DNA from: Candidatus Hodarchaeota archaeon
GTDB lineage: Archaea; Asgardarchaeota; Lokiarchaeia; Sigyniarchaeales; SOKP01
Length of the DNA: 64,000 nucleotides
NCBI GenBank assembly: GCA_048886685.1
Contig: JBHLKM010000003.1
Coordinates: 32,001 to 96,000 of the forward strand
Direction: 5' to 3'
Shown: one piece after another, positions 39,453 through 48,572 of the stretch
Position numbering within the stretch: position 1 is the stretch's first letter
Layout: every line of letters begins with the position of its first letter
The notes under the pieces: generated by a model
The model's database searches: none
What the model saw: the letters and a program-made list of their open reading frames with translations, nothing else
Told to the model about the DNA's origin: nothing
Position numbers and translations under genes: made by a program

Positions 39453-41237
39453 ATGCAAATGGAAGATATACAGTATTGGGATAAAAAATGGCCTGAAGTA
39501 GTTCCAAAAAGTATAGATTATGATGAAATACCATTAGGAGAACTTCTGAAAAGGGCAGTTTATAAATACCCTGATTCTGAGGTGATATTTTTTGAGGGTT
39601 TTAGGATGACTTATAAGGAATTGGATGTATTGGTTGATCAGTTCGCTACAGGACTTATAAAATTGGGAATAAAAAAGGGTGATGTTGTAGCTATTGACTT
39701 GCCCAATGTTCCCCAATATGTAATTGGTCATTGGGCTATTCTTAGAATCGGAGCTGTTTCTAATCCAATCCTTCCTGTTAATCGGTATGTGGAAATTATT
39801 CATCAGATTAATGATTCAAAGGCTAATGCTTTAATCATTCTAGATTATTTATTTGAAGAATATCTTCATGGTAAGGATCTTACAAAAATGCCTACTCTCA
39901 AAAATATAATCTTAACCGCTACTACAGAATATCTACCTAAAATTAAGGCTAAGTTGGGAGTAGCTCTCCGTAAGATTCCTAGAATGAAAAAATGGCCTGA
40001 TAAAATAGGGAATATTACATTCAATGGGTTTCAAGAGATATTACAAATAGGGCAACCGATTAATATCCCTAAAATAGATATTGATGTTAAAAAAGAACCA
40101 GCAATCCTAATATATACAGGCGGGACAACAGGTGTACCTAAAGGTGTCATGACTTCTCATTATAATATGATTACAAATACTCAACAAATTGTAACTTGGG
40201 CATCAACACAACTCCCGGAAATGGCAAAAGTACAAGGAAAAGGAGGAATGTTATTAGTTGTACCACTAGCTCATTCCTATGGTAATATAGGAATGACTGT
40301 TTCCATAAATGAAGGGTGGAAATTAATATTACTACCACGGCCTCCAGAAAAGATATCAAAGATTTTAAACATTATTATTAAAGAGAAAGCTACATATATG
40401 CCCGCAGTTCCCACTCTTTTTATAAAAATTAATCAAGATCCTGAGTCATCCAAATATAAGGATAAGCTCACTTCACTACATGCTTGTATTAGCGGAGCTT
40501 CAGCATTACCTTTAGAAGTCAAAAATACGTTTGAAGAGCTTACCAGTGCGGTAATTGTTGAAGGATATGGAATGTCAGAATGCTCACCCATTTTAACTAT
40601 AAATCCATTTATTAAATCTCTTCAAAAAATAGGAACAGTTGGCTTTCCTTTATCAGACACCTTAATAAAAATTGTTGATATTGAAGAAGGAACAAACTTA
40701 CTACCACAATGTCCTAACGATAATTGTGAAAGTTGTGGAGCAGATGAGCTACAATATATTGGAGAAATATGTGGAACAGGACCACAAGTTATGTTAGGGT
40801 ATCTAGGAAGAAAAGAAGATACAGAATATGCTCTAAGAAAAGATTCTCAAGGTCAGATTTGGTACTATACGGCGGATATTGGTTGTATCGATAATGAAGG
40901 ATACCTTCATATAAAGGATCGAAAGAGAGATATGATAAAAAGGAAAGGACATGCTGTTTTCCCAGCAGAAGTAGAAGATTTAATTTATATGCATGAAGCT
41001 GTGAATGAAGTTGGAGTAATTGGGGTACCCGATCCAGAAACGGGTCAAGAAATAAAAGCATATATTTCTTTAAAACCAGATTATCAAGGAAAAGTGACTA
41101 AAGAACAACTCATAGAATGGTGTCAAACAAATATAAGTCTATACAAATATCCAAGAATAATTGAAATCGTTCCTGAATTACCCAAATCCGTAATTGGTAA
41201 AGTTCTCAGGCGTGAATTACGAAGAGAAGGTGAATAA
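39453..41237 (+). CDS. Long-chain fatty acid-CoA ligase
   Basis: YTGGTTG.PKG, EGYGMSE, T.D.G, DRK.DMI and PKS..GK.LRR motifs. Confidence 0.93.
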   Translation: MQMEDIQYWDKKWPEVVPKSIDYDEIPLGELLKRAVYKYPDSEVIFFEGFRMTYKELDVLVDQFATGLIKLGIKKGDVVAIDLPNVPQYVIGHWAILRIGAVSNPILPVNRYVEIIHQINDSKANALIILDYLFEEYLHGKDLTKMPTLKNIILTATTEYLPKIKAKLGVALRKIPRMKKWPDKIGNITFNGFQEILQIGQPINIPKIDIDVKKEPAILIYTGGTTGVPKGVMTSHYNMITNTQQIVTWASTQLPEMAKVQGKGGMLLVVPLAHSYGNIGMTVSINEGWKLILLPRPPEKISKILNIIIKEKATYMPAVPTLFIKINQDPESSKYKDKLTSLHACISGASALPLEVKNTFEELTSAVIVEGYGMSECSPILTINPFIKSLQKIGTVGFPLSDTLIKIVDIEEGTNLLPQCPNDNCESCGADELQYIGEICGTGPQVMLGYLGRKEDTEYALRKDSQGQIWYYTADIGCIDNEGYLHIKDRKRDMIKRKGHAVFPAEVEDLIYMHEAVNEVGVIGVPDPETGQEIKAYISLKPDYQGKVTKEQLIEWCQTNISLYKYPRIIEIVPELPKSVIGKVLRRELRREGE

Positions 41238-41315
41238 AGTTTTTTTATATTATTTTTTTTATTCATTACTATTAATAGAACTTATGAAAAAATAGAAAGG
41301 AAATAAAATTTTAAA

Positions 41316-41960
41316 TTAAAATTTTTGTCCACATTTTTTGCAAACATTTATTTTTCCATACATAGGAGAATGCCCAATATAACCTAAGACTTTAGACTTG
41401 TCTTCTTCAGTTCTTATATCTTTTCCTACTGCACCACAGTTAGGGCAAATTAATCTATCTTCACTCACATATTCCGTTGGTGCTGCTGGTTTTAATTCAG
41501 TCAGTTCGGCTTCAAATTTATTTAAGCTAGCTTTTTGTTCTTCAATCATTTTTTCTTTTTCAGAAAGCGCTTTAGAGAGTTCTTCTATTTTAAAGTCTTT
41601 TTCAGAAAGTGAATTTGTAAGTTCATCTATTTTAGAGTCTTTTTCAGATATGGAATTATTTAAATCTTCTGTTTTTTTAGATAAATCTTCAACCTGTAAT
41701 TTTAGATCTCCCGATTCAGCACTTAAATTGTCTTTTGAAGAAGCCAATTCTTTAAATTGAGTTTCTAACTCTGTTATTTTATTTTTCCCTTGTTCAAGCT
41801 CAGAATTTAAATTAGAAACTGTTTCTTCTAACCTTTTAATTTCTCCATCTTTTTTTGTCAAAGTAGCTTTAAGGTCATAAACTTCAGCTTCATATTCATT
41901 GATTTTGTTTTGTAATCCTTTTACAATTTTATGATCCAATCCTTCTGTTAGATCTTTCAT
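41316..41960 (-). CDS. Coiled-coil protein with C-terminal Zn ribbon
   Basis: Long heptad region, then CPNCG...CKKCG. Confidence 0.8.
   Translation of the reverse strand: MKDLTEGLDHKIVKGLQNKINEYEAEVYDLKATLTKKDGEIKRLEETVSNLNSELEQGKNKITELETQFKELASSKDNLSAESGDLKLQVEDLSKKTEDLNNSISEKDSKIDELTNSLSEKDFKIEELSKALSEKEKMIEEQKASLNKFEAELTELKPAAPTEYVSEDRLICPNCGAVGKDIRTEEDKSKVLGYIGHSPMYGKINVCKKCGQKF
41538..41663 (-). repeat. 3 x 42-bp intragenic tandem repeat (14-aa unit)
   Basis: LNNSISEKDSKIDE / LTNSLSEKDFKIEE / LSKALSEKEKMIEE. Confidence 0.8.
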
Positions 41961-42182
41961 TTCATCTTGAGAAATAAAAATAACACCTCTATTTTCGTTT
42001 CCTTTTACTTAAGCCATTAATTCTATTATAATGAGAAAGTGAAATTTAAATAAATGAAATTTTAGCATTAACTAATTAAATCTTACAAGAATTTTATAAT
42101 AGAATTTATATTTAAGCTTTATTTTTAAGATTTTTTATGAGTAGGAAAAAAAATTTAATTTGAAAATTCTATAGAAAATTAT

Positions 42183-42335
42183 ACGCTTTATGAAGGTGAT
42201 GTCGAATCAGGCGTTGTCCTACTAGGTCAGAGCATTGGTGTAATCGAAAGTATTGAAAGTCTGTCGGAGATTATCGAAAAATGCATAAAAGACGCAGAAG
42301 TGGTATTAAAAAGAGCATCTAATTACATAATATAA
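42183..42335 (+). pseudogene. C-terminal remnant of nitronate monooxygenase / FabK-family gene
   Basis: Manual translation TLYEGDVESGVVLLGQSIGVIESIESLSEIIEKCIKDAEVVLKRASNYII*. In-frame stop upstream at 42156 and no start codon. Confidence 0.7.
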
Positions 42336-42419
42336 ACAAAACACAAATTTATTTACTACACCGATTTTAGTTTAGATTAATATTAAATTAGTTCTATTAA
42401 ATTTTAAGAAAAAGATCGT

Positions 42420-43919
42420 TCATTCTATAGAGATAATCGTATTTCTTTTAATAGCTGAGTAATATTGAACTATACATGTTTTTCCAACTATTTCCTGAGT
42501 CTCGAAAGTTTTAAGCAATTCTGGTTTTATAACGAATGCAATACTACGACGCCCATTATCAAGAGTACCTATTACAACTCCTCTATAAAATTCCCCCGTT
42601 CGCTTATAAATAATAGAATAGCCATCAATAATGATTTTACCGTTTGCTTTTTCAACAGGTTCGGGCAAGATTTTCTTTAAAATTGATTCTTGTATTTCAG
42701 AGTCGTCCCGAACACCCCATTGTATCATAGGTGGTGTTTTACCATAGATCCCAATTGATTGTTTAGTGTTGTATCCACCATTTGCTATAACCATCACTTT
42801 TAAGGAAGGGTTGGCACGAATTGATTCAACAGTATTGACAATTGCATGTAAAGAATAATTACTCAATGGGGTGCCAAAAAATGGGAGGCCTCCTGTAAGT
42901 GTTAAATCACGTGGATCATCTTCTTCAATTCCAAGTTCCTTCATAAAGATCTCTACAACAGAAGGAAAACAACTATATAAGTCAAATTTATCAATATCAC
43001 TTAACTCTAAACCCGCTTGTTCTAAAGAAAGACGAACTCCTTCTCTTGCTGCTGGAGAATCATCAAGTCGTGGACGTCGATAGAGATCATCCACATTTTT
43101 GAATGTTGCCCCTCCCATTATATAAATCTGTTTATTTTTATCAATTTCAAGTGATTCTGCAATTTCTTCACTTGTAATTAAAATTGTCCCTGCTTGATCT
43201 ACAAAATTATTCGCGCACATACGTTTAGTATAAGGGTGTACTATAAGACGATTCTGAGGTGATGGTGTAATAATTTCTTCAGCGCTAAATTGCTTTTGAG
43301 TCCAGCTATAAGGATTTTTTGATGCAACCTTAGAAAAACGTTCAAAGAGTTTTCCCATATATTTGTTATGTTCTTCGATGCTGCGTCCAGATGAAGCTCT
43401 TAATGCTGTTTCTAAAATTGCATAGCTAGTTGTTGCAAAATATAATTGATAGTGTATACTTTCTTTCCCCAATGGCCATCTCTCCCCAATAATGTACTCT
43501 GGATCTTCTTTTTTCGGCCAATAATCAGGAGCATTCCCTTTAAATGTTTTTCTTAAAGAATAGGCAGCTTCTCCTCCTGTGATAAGAACGCAACGGTGTT
43601 TCCCAGTTGCAATTGCTTTAGCGGCTTGATTAACTAACATCTGAGGGCTTTGTCCTCCATCGGGTAAATATACTTTTTCTTTAGGAGAAATATTAAGCCT
43701 TTTCCCAAGTTCACCAGGAGCGTCTTTATATGACCATGAACTAATATTAACCATATATATAGCATCTATGAAATCACTAATGTTTTTAGCTTGTGTATCT
43801 TCTATTGCCTTTTGTCCGGTCTTTACCATTAAACTAAGGGAATCAAGAGGTTTGAGCGTATTTCTGCGTTGCGTATATTGAGCAACACCAATTATAACTG
43901 GAGTATTTTTATTATTCAT
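42420..43919 (-). CDS. Thiolase-like protein (TLP1-type acetyl-CoA acetyltransferase family)
   Basis: PVIIGV.Q, GGQSPQ, GGEA, PYTK.M, DLYSCFP and LTGGLPFFG motifs. Confidence 0.85.
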   Translation of the reverse strand: MNNKNTPVIIGVAQYTQRRNTLKPLDSLSLMVKTGQKAIEDTQAKNISDFIDAIYMVNISSWSYKDAPGELGKRLNISPKEKVYLPDGGQSPQMLVNQAAKAIATGKHRCVLITGGEAAYSLRKTFKGNAPDYWPKKEDPEYIIGERWPLGKESIHYQLYFATTSYAILETALRASSGRSIEEHNKYMGKLFERFSKVASKNPYSWTQKQFSAEEIITPSPQNRLIVHPYTKRMCANNFVDQAGTILITSEEIAESLEIDKNKQIYIMGGATFKNVDDLYRRPRLDDSPAAREGVRLSLEQAGLELSDIDKFDLYSCFPSVVEIFMKELGIEEDDPRDLTLTGGLPFFGTPLSNYSLHAIVNTVESIRANPSLKVMVIANGGYNTKQSIGIYGKTPPMIQWGVRDDSEIQESILKKILPEPVEKANGKIIIDGYSIIYKRTGEFYRGVVIGTLDNGRRSIAFVIKPELLKTFETQEIVGKTCIVQYYSAIKRNTIISIE

Positions 43920-44045
43920 AATAAAAACTGTTATATCTTATGTTTTGTAAAATTTCTAATTCATTTAAAAATTAATTAATTTTAATTATTCATATAGAAA
44001 AACTCAAAAATGTAAAACTAATAATCATAAGAAGGTGAAATTTGA

Positions 44046-45352
44046 TTGAAGAAAGTAGCAATAATAGGTATAGGCATTACACCTTTTCGAGCACGATATC
44101 TAGATAAAACATATTTCGAACTAGCATATGATGCTACAAGCCTAGCTCTCGAAGATGCCAATAAAAATGGTGCGGATATTACTCATAAGGATTTGCAGTC
44201 AACTGTCTACGGGATTTATAACGAACTATTTGAACGTCAATTCATGCCTGATATTTTTGTTAATAGCTATCTTGGCATGAATAATAAACCAGGAACACGT
44301 ATCGCTTCAGGAGGTGCAACTGGGGGATATACGGTTAGAATGGCTTATGCAGAAGTAGCTTCAGGACTTTCAGATTTATGTTTATGCATCGGAGTTGAGA
44401 AGTGTAATGATTGCTATGATGAACAAACTGGAGTGACTACTCCTGAAGTACTTAACGCCATTGCTTATAGTGCGGATATGACGTATATTATATAGTAACA
44501 TAATTACTATATGAGCGGAAGAATATCCGATGGGAAAATATTGTTTGGATGTCCCAACTATCCCCATTGATGGCAGCTTCATCATATGTTTCAATGGTTA
44601 ATGCTCACTTTGAGGAATTTGGAAATCCAACAGAAGAACAGATGGCATTAGTTTCAGTAAAAAATCATGGTAATGCAATTAATAATCCTAAAGCTCAATC
44701 GCCAATGAAAATTACAGTAGAAGATGTTATGAATTCAAGAATTATTTGTTATCCTTTTAAATTATTAGATTGCTGTCTTTATTCTGAGGCCTCTGCCGCC
44801 TTAATACTAGCCAATGAAGAAAAAGTTAAGGAATTAAAGATAGAAAAACCGATTTGGATTTCTGGAGTAGGTGCCGCTAATACAGACTGTTTTATAGGGA
44901 ATAGAGAAGATATGGGAAGGTTGTATTCAAATATTTATGCAGCAAAAGCAGCCTATAAAATGGCACAATTAGACTATGACAAAATCAAAAGTCAAATTGA
45001 TTTAGCAGAATTGCATGATGCTTTCTCTGGACAAGAGGTTATCTCCTACGAGGAATTAGGATTTGTAAAATTCGGAGAAGGCGGTAGTTGGATTGAATCA
45101 GGAGGACCACTAATGGATGGTGAATTACCATGTTGCCCTTCAGGAGGGCTTATTGGGTGTGGTCATGCTGTAGGGGCTACGGGGATTATGTCCACAGGAG
45201 AGGCAGCACTTCAATTGAGAGAAGATGCTGGAAAGCATCAAGTGAAGACAATTAAAAATGGAAGAGCTATTTCTCATTCAATTGGGGGTCCTGGTGCAGC
45301 TTATGCTGCGGTTATTGTGATGGAAAATGAGGAGGGGATTAGTAAAAAATGA
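44046..45352 (+). CDS. Thiolase-domain protein (SCP-x/aldolase type), interrupted by two putative BHB introns; exons 44046-44486, 44521-44536, 44568-45352 (413 aa)
   Basis: Track ORFs 44046-44495 and 44549-45352 are the N- and C-halves of one thiolase (GVEK; KNH.NA..NP.A; ELHDAF; GH.VGATG). Removing 34 + 31 nt joins them via EYPMG. Confidence 0.85.
44487..44520 (+). other. Putative mRNA intron 1 (34 nt, relaxed BHB)
   Basis: 11-bp inner stem TTATATAGTAA/TTACTATATGA, bulge AT^A, central helix ACGT/GCGG, bulge AA^G, outer helix CGGATAT/ATATCCG. Contains the in-frame TAG. Confidence 0.8.
44537..44567 (+). other. Putative mRNA intron 2 (31 nt, relaxed BHB)
   Basis: Central helix TGGG/CCCC, bulge AA^A, inner stem ATA..GTT.GG/CC.AAC.TAT, 3' site AT^T. 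Removal gives GGA ATG ATG in frame. Confidence 0.7.
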
Positions 45353-45843
45353 GTAATGAATTTCAAGCTCATCAGATAAGAGATATAATTAAGATTAATT
45401 ATAAATATACCATGGGAGGTCAATCCAAATTTTTCCTAGAGTTAATGAAAAATAAGAAGATTTTAGGAGCAAAATGCTCTAAATGTGGGAAGATTTGGAT
45501 GCCCCCTAGAATTAATTGCTCAGATTGTTATGTACCTGCTGAATGGAAAGAAGTGAAACAAACTGGTATCATAGAAGTGAGTACAATTGTCTGGTTTACC
45601 ACCTCCGCTTTTATCAAAAATATTCCATATGCTACAGGATATATTAAATTAGACGGAGCTGATACAGCCCTATTGCAAGGAATTTTTTCAGATAATTTAG
45701 TGCCATCAAAAATTAAAAAAGGGAAACGTGTGAGAGCTGTATTTCAAAAAGAAAGAGAGGGAAAAATGACAGATTTCTTTTTTGTTCCTGAAGATGAGTA
45801 TGAGAATTGGATAAATAAACCAGAATACGAAGGAGGAGATTAG
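45349..45843 (+). CDS. DUF35 Zn-ribbon/OB-fold protein
   Basis: C..CG....PPR..C..C. ATGA overlap with the thiolase stop. Confidence 0.9.
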   Translation: MSNEFQAHQIRDIIKINYKYTMGGQSKFFLELMKNKKILGAKCSKCGKIWMPPRINCSDCYVPAEWKEVKQTGIIEVSTIVWFTTSAFIKNIPYATGYIKLDGADTALLQGIFSDNLVPSKIKKGKRVRAVFQKEREGKMTDFFFVPEDEYENWINKPEYEGGD

Positions 45844-45845
45844 TA

Positions 45846-46217
45846 TTGGGAGTTGCGAGTGAAGCTTTAAAAAAAATTATTGAAAGGATGAATAAAATAT
45901 CTAAAGCTCAACAAGTGTTTGTTACGGATATTGGAGGGAATTCAGTAAATTGGAATATGGTATTTCAATTTAATTTAGATAATGAAGATCCATTTTATTT
46001 GGTAATTGAAAATCAAAAGGTAGATCTTAAACCTGGTACTGCACATGAAACAGAAATCGTAATGTCTGGAGATAATAATGCAATCGTAAAGATTTGCAAT
46101 GGTAAGGGGGATTTCACGCATGCTATCAGTCGTGAAGAAATAACAGTGGAAAAAGGTAAAGTTATAGATGTTATTAGATTAACTAGAGCAATAACAATTG
46201 TTTTAAAAGCAGAATAA
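45846..46217 (+). CDS. SCP2 sterol/lipid-binding domain protein
   Basis: FQF.L....FYL.I and I..G..D...A.....I.VE pattern. In thiolase operon. Confidence 0.7.
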   Translation: MGVASEALKKIIERMNKISKAQQVFVTDIGGNSVNWNMVFQFNLDNEDPFYLVIENQKVDLKPGTAHETEIVMSGDNNAIVKICNGKGDFTHAISREEITVEKGKVIDVIRLTRAITIVLKAE

Positions 46218-46416
46218 AATATATTTGAGTTTTTTTTTATTTTCTTATTAATAACTTATTTTAGGAAATTTAGAATTTTCATATCATAGATAATTCAAAG
46301 TTTTTACAGATAGATAGAAATCTTTATATATGAGCTATTGAAATATATCTCAGTTTAATTTATCCAAAAATAACAATTAATATAATATTATAAAAATTTA
46401 AGAGGGAATTATATAA

Positions 46417-47211
46417 ATGAAAAGAGAACTTGCAGTAATAGGGATTATTGCTGGTATTGCAGTAGGATTCGGGCTTGGATGGTTTATACCTCCACTTCTC
46501 ACCCAACCAGAGGGTAAATCTTTAATAAATCAGATTAAGGACAGAGGTGAATTGATTGTCGGAACTAGCGCGGATTATCCCCCTTTTGAAAACTTTACCT
46601 GGCCTTATACAGGTGAGATCCAAGGTTTCGACGTCAATGTATCACAATGGATCGCTGATGAGTTGGGTGTTGATCTTGTAATGACTCACATAGATTTTAC
46701 TCAACTAATTTCTGCTTGTAAGGCTGGCACAATTGATATGGTTGCGGCCGCAATGACGTATACAGAAGAGCGTGCTGAAAGTTTGGCACCTTCCATAACC
46801 TATATTAATTCAAGCAATGTTGTCATGGTTAAGAATTCTTCATCGCTTACTACAATTACTGATTTAACAGAACTAGTAGGGGTAGGGACAATTGGCTGTC
46901 AATCAGGTACTGTATTTCAATGGGATTTGGAAGAAATTCCCGGTATATCTTTTGTTGCTTATCCTAGTGCTATCGTCCTTATGACAAATTTACTTGCTGA
47001 CAATGTTGTAGCAGCATATGTAGATAAGGCAACTTTTGAGTTCTATAATCGAACAGAAAACCTCAGGATTATTTATGATTCAGGAACTGAGCCTTTATCA
47101 TTATGGACTAGACATGGAGAACCAGAACTGCTATACGTTATAAACGAAGTCATTTTAGACGCCTATATTACCGGAACGATGTCTATCTTAATAGATGAAT
47201 GGTTTGGGTAA
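46417..47211 (+). CDS. Polar amino acid ABC transporter substrate-binding protein
   Basis: N-terminal anchor. L.VGTSADYPPFE, GFD and G.Q.GT motifs. Confidence 0.92.
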   Translation: MKRELAVIGIIAGIAVGFGLGWFIPPLLTQPEGKSLINQIKDRGELIVGTSADYPPFENFTWPYTGEIQGFDVNVSQWIADELGVDLVMTHIDFTQLISACKAGTIDMVAAAMTYTEERAESLAPSITYINSSNVVMVKNSSSLTTITDLTELVGVGTIGCQSGTVFQWDLEEIPGISFVAYPSAIVLMTNLLADNVVAAYVDKATFEFYNRTENLRIIYDSGTEPLSLWTRHGEPELLYVINEVILDAYITGTMSILIDEWFG

Positions 47212-47442
47212 GTGATGTTCCAGATTTCCCCCAAATTATTCTAAATCAAGAAGGATTTACCCTAATACATTTCTGCTGTCTGTCCTATGTTTATTTTAAG
47301 GATTTTTTGGGGAAAATCCTAGACCAAATATTTTTTTTTTTTTAACCATTTTTAAATCTTAAAATAAATAAACTTCTCGAATTTTCTAAATTAAAGTAAG
47401 GAAATTAATGATTACAAGTCTTATATTATGATCCAGAAATAA

Positions 47443-48570
47443 TTGAAAAAATTCAATAACCAGATGATAACTATGTTGTTTCAAACAGAATTAGATTTTG
47501 TAGGTATAGGAATTGCCATTTCAATAATTATCTTCCCAATTGGTATATTTCTACTGAGATGGTATGCTAAGAAAATTGATAGGCCTCCTACGGAGGTATG
47601 GGATACTTCTTTAAAGACTGCATATATAGTCAGTTTACTATTACTACTAATAAATATTCCAATTAGTATTTTAATAAATTTTTTACTTGCTGAAAATCTA
47701 TTTTTCTTTCTAATGATTCAGTATTTTAATTACATTTTTTTTGATTTCTTTATTGGCACTTTAATTGTTATGAGAATTTATAAAAAGAAATTTGGTGAAA
47801 GTGTTCAGTTTGTTATTGTCGTTCAGCTTATTCTTTTTGGAATAGTTCTCATTTTAGGTTATGTAATATCTATTCTCTTAGGTTATATTTTTCCAGAAAT
47901 TTCTGATGCAATTTTTTTTATTCTTGAATTTGGGTTGTTTAATACTTTGTTTATAACCGCTATAAGCCTACTTACAGGCTTTTTGATTGGAATATCGTTA
48001 GCACTGATGCGTGTCTATGGTGCAAAAGAACTTGAATGGATTTCAAACGGATACGAGAAGATATTTCGTGGTATTCCACTTCTGGTTCTGATCTTAATCA
48101 TCTCTGGTGGAATGCCTGGATTATTTTTTTACCTAGAACCACTTGATAGGCTACTTGCCGGTGTAATCTTGGCACTTGGTCTTCGTAGTGGCGCCTACCA
48201 ATCTCAAATTTTTCGCGGAGCTATTTTATCCGTGAAAGCAGGTCAAATGGAAGCTGGGCGTGCACTAGGTATGAGTGGGTTTCAAAGTTTTCGATATATT
48301 GTAATGCCCCAAGCTTTACGATTGGCTGTACCTAGCTGGTCTAATGAATATGCGGTTGTAATTAAGGATTCCTCATTTGCTGGTTACTACGGAACAATTG
48401 TTGAAATGACATTAGCCGCTTATATCTGGGGATTACGGACGTTAGAATTATTTACCTTATCTATGGGCGTTGTTGCGATTGTATACTTATTATTTACCTT
48501 TCCTGTTACACAAATATTTGGTGAACGACAAACCAAGAAACTTAAGAAATTGGGAATGGGAGGTGGTTAA
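47443..48570 (+). CDS. Amino acid ABC transporter permease with extra N-terminal TM domain
   Basis: FRGIPLLV, AYQSQIFRG, GQMEA..ALG and IKDSS motifs. Confidence 0.88.
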   Translation: MKKFNNQMITMLFQTELDFVGIGIAISIIIFPIGIFLLRWYAKKIDRPPTEVWDTSLKTAYIVSLLLLLINIPISILINFLLAENLFFFLMIQYFNYIFFDFFIGTLIVMRIYKKKFGESVQFVIVVQLILFGIVLILGYVISILLGYIFPEISDAIFFILEFGLFNTLFITAISLLTGFLIGISLALMRVYGAKELEWISNGYEKIFRGIPLLVLILIISGGMPGLFFYLEPLDRLLAGVILALGLRSGAYQSQIFRGAILSVKAGQMEAGRALGMSGFQSFRYIVMPQALRLAVPSWSNEYAVVIKDSSFAGYYGTIVEMTLAAYIWGLRTLELFTLSMGVVAIVYLLFTFPVTQIFGERQTKKLKKLGMGGG

Positions 48571-48572
48571 AC

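Noticed and set aside
44046-45352. Treating the split thiolase as a simple frameshifted pseudogene, two genes, or stop readthrough
   Set aside because: A single frameshift or readthrough cannot recover EYPMG, which lies in a third frame. Both inserts are hairpins whose BHB cut sites coincide exactly with the frame-restoring boundaries.
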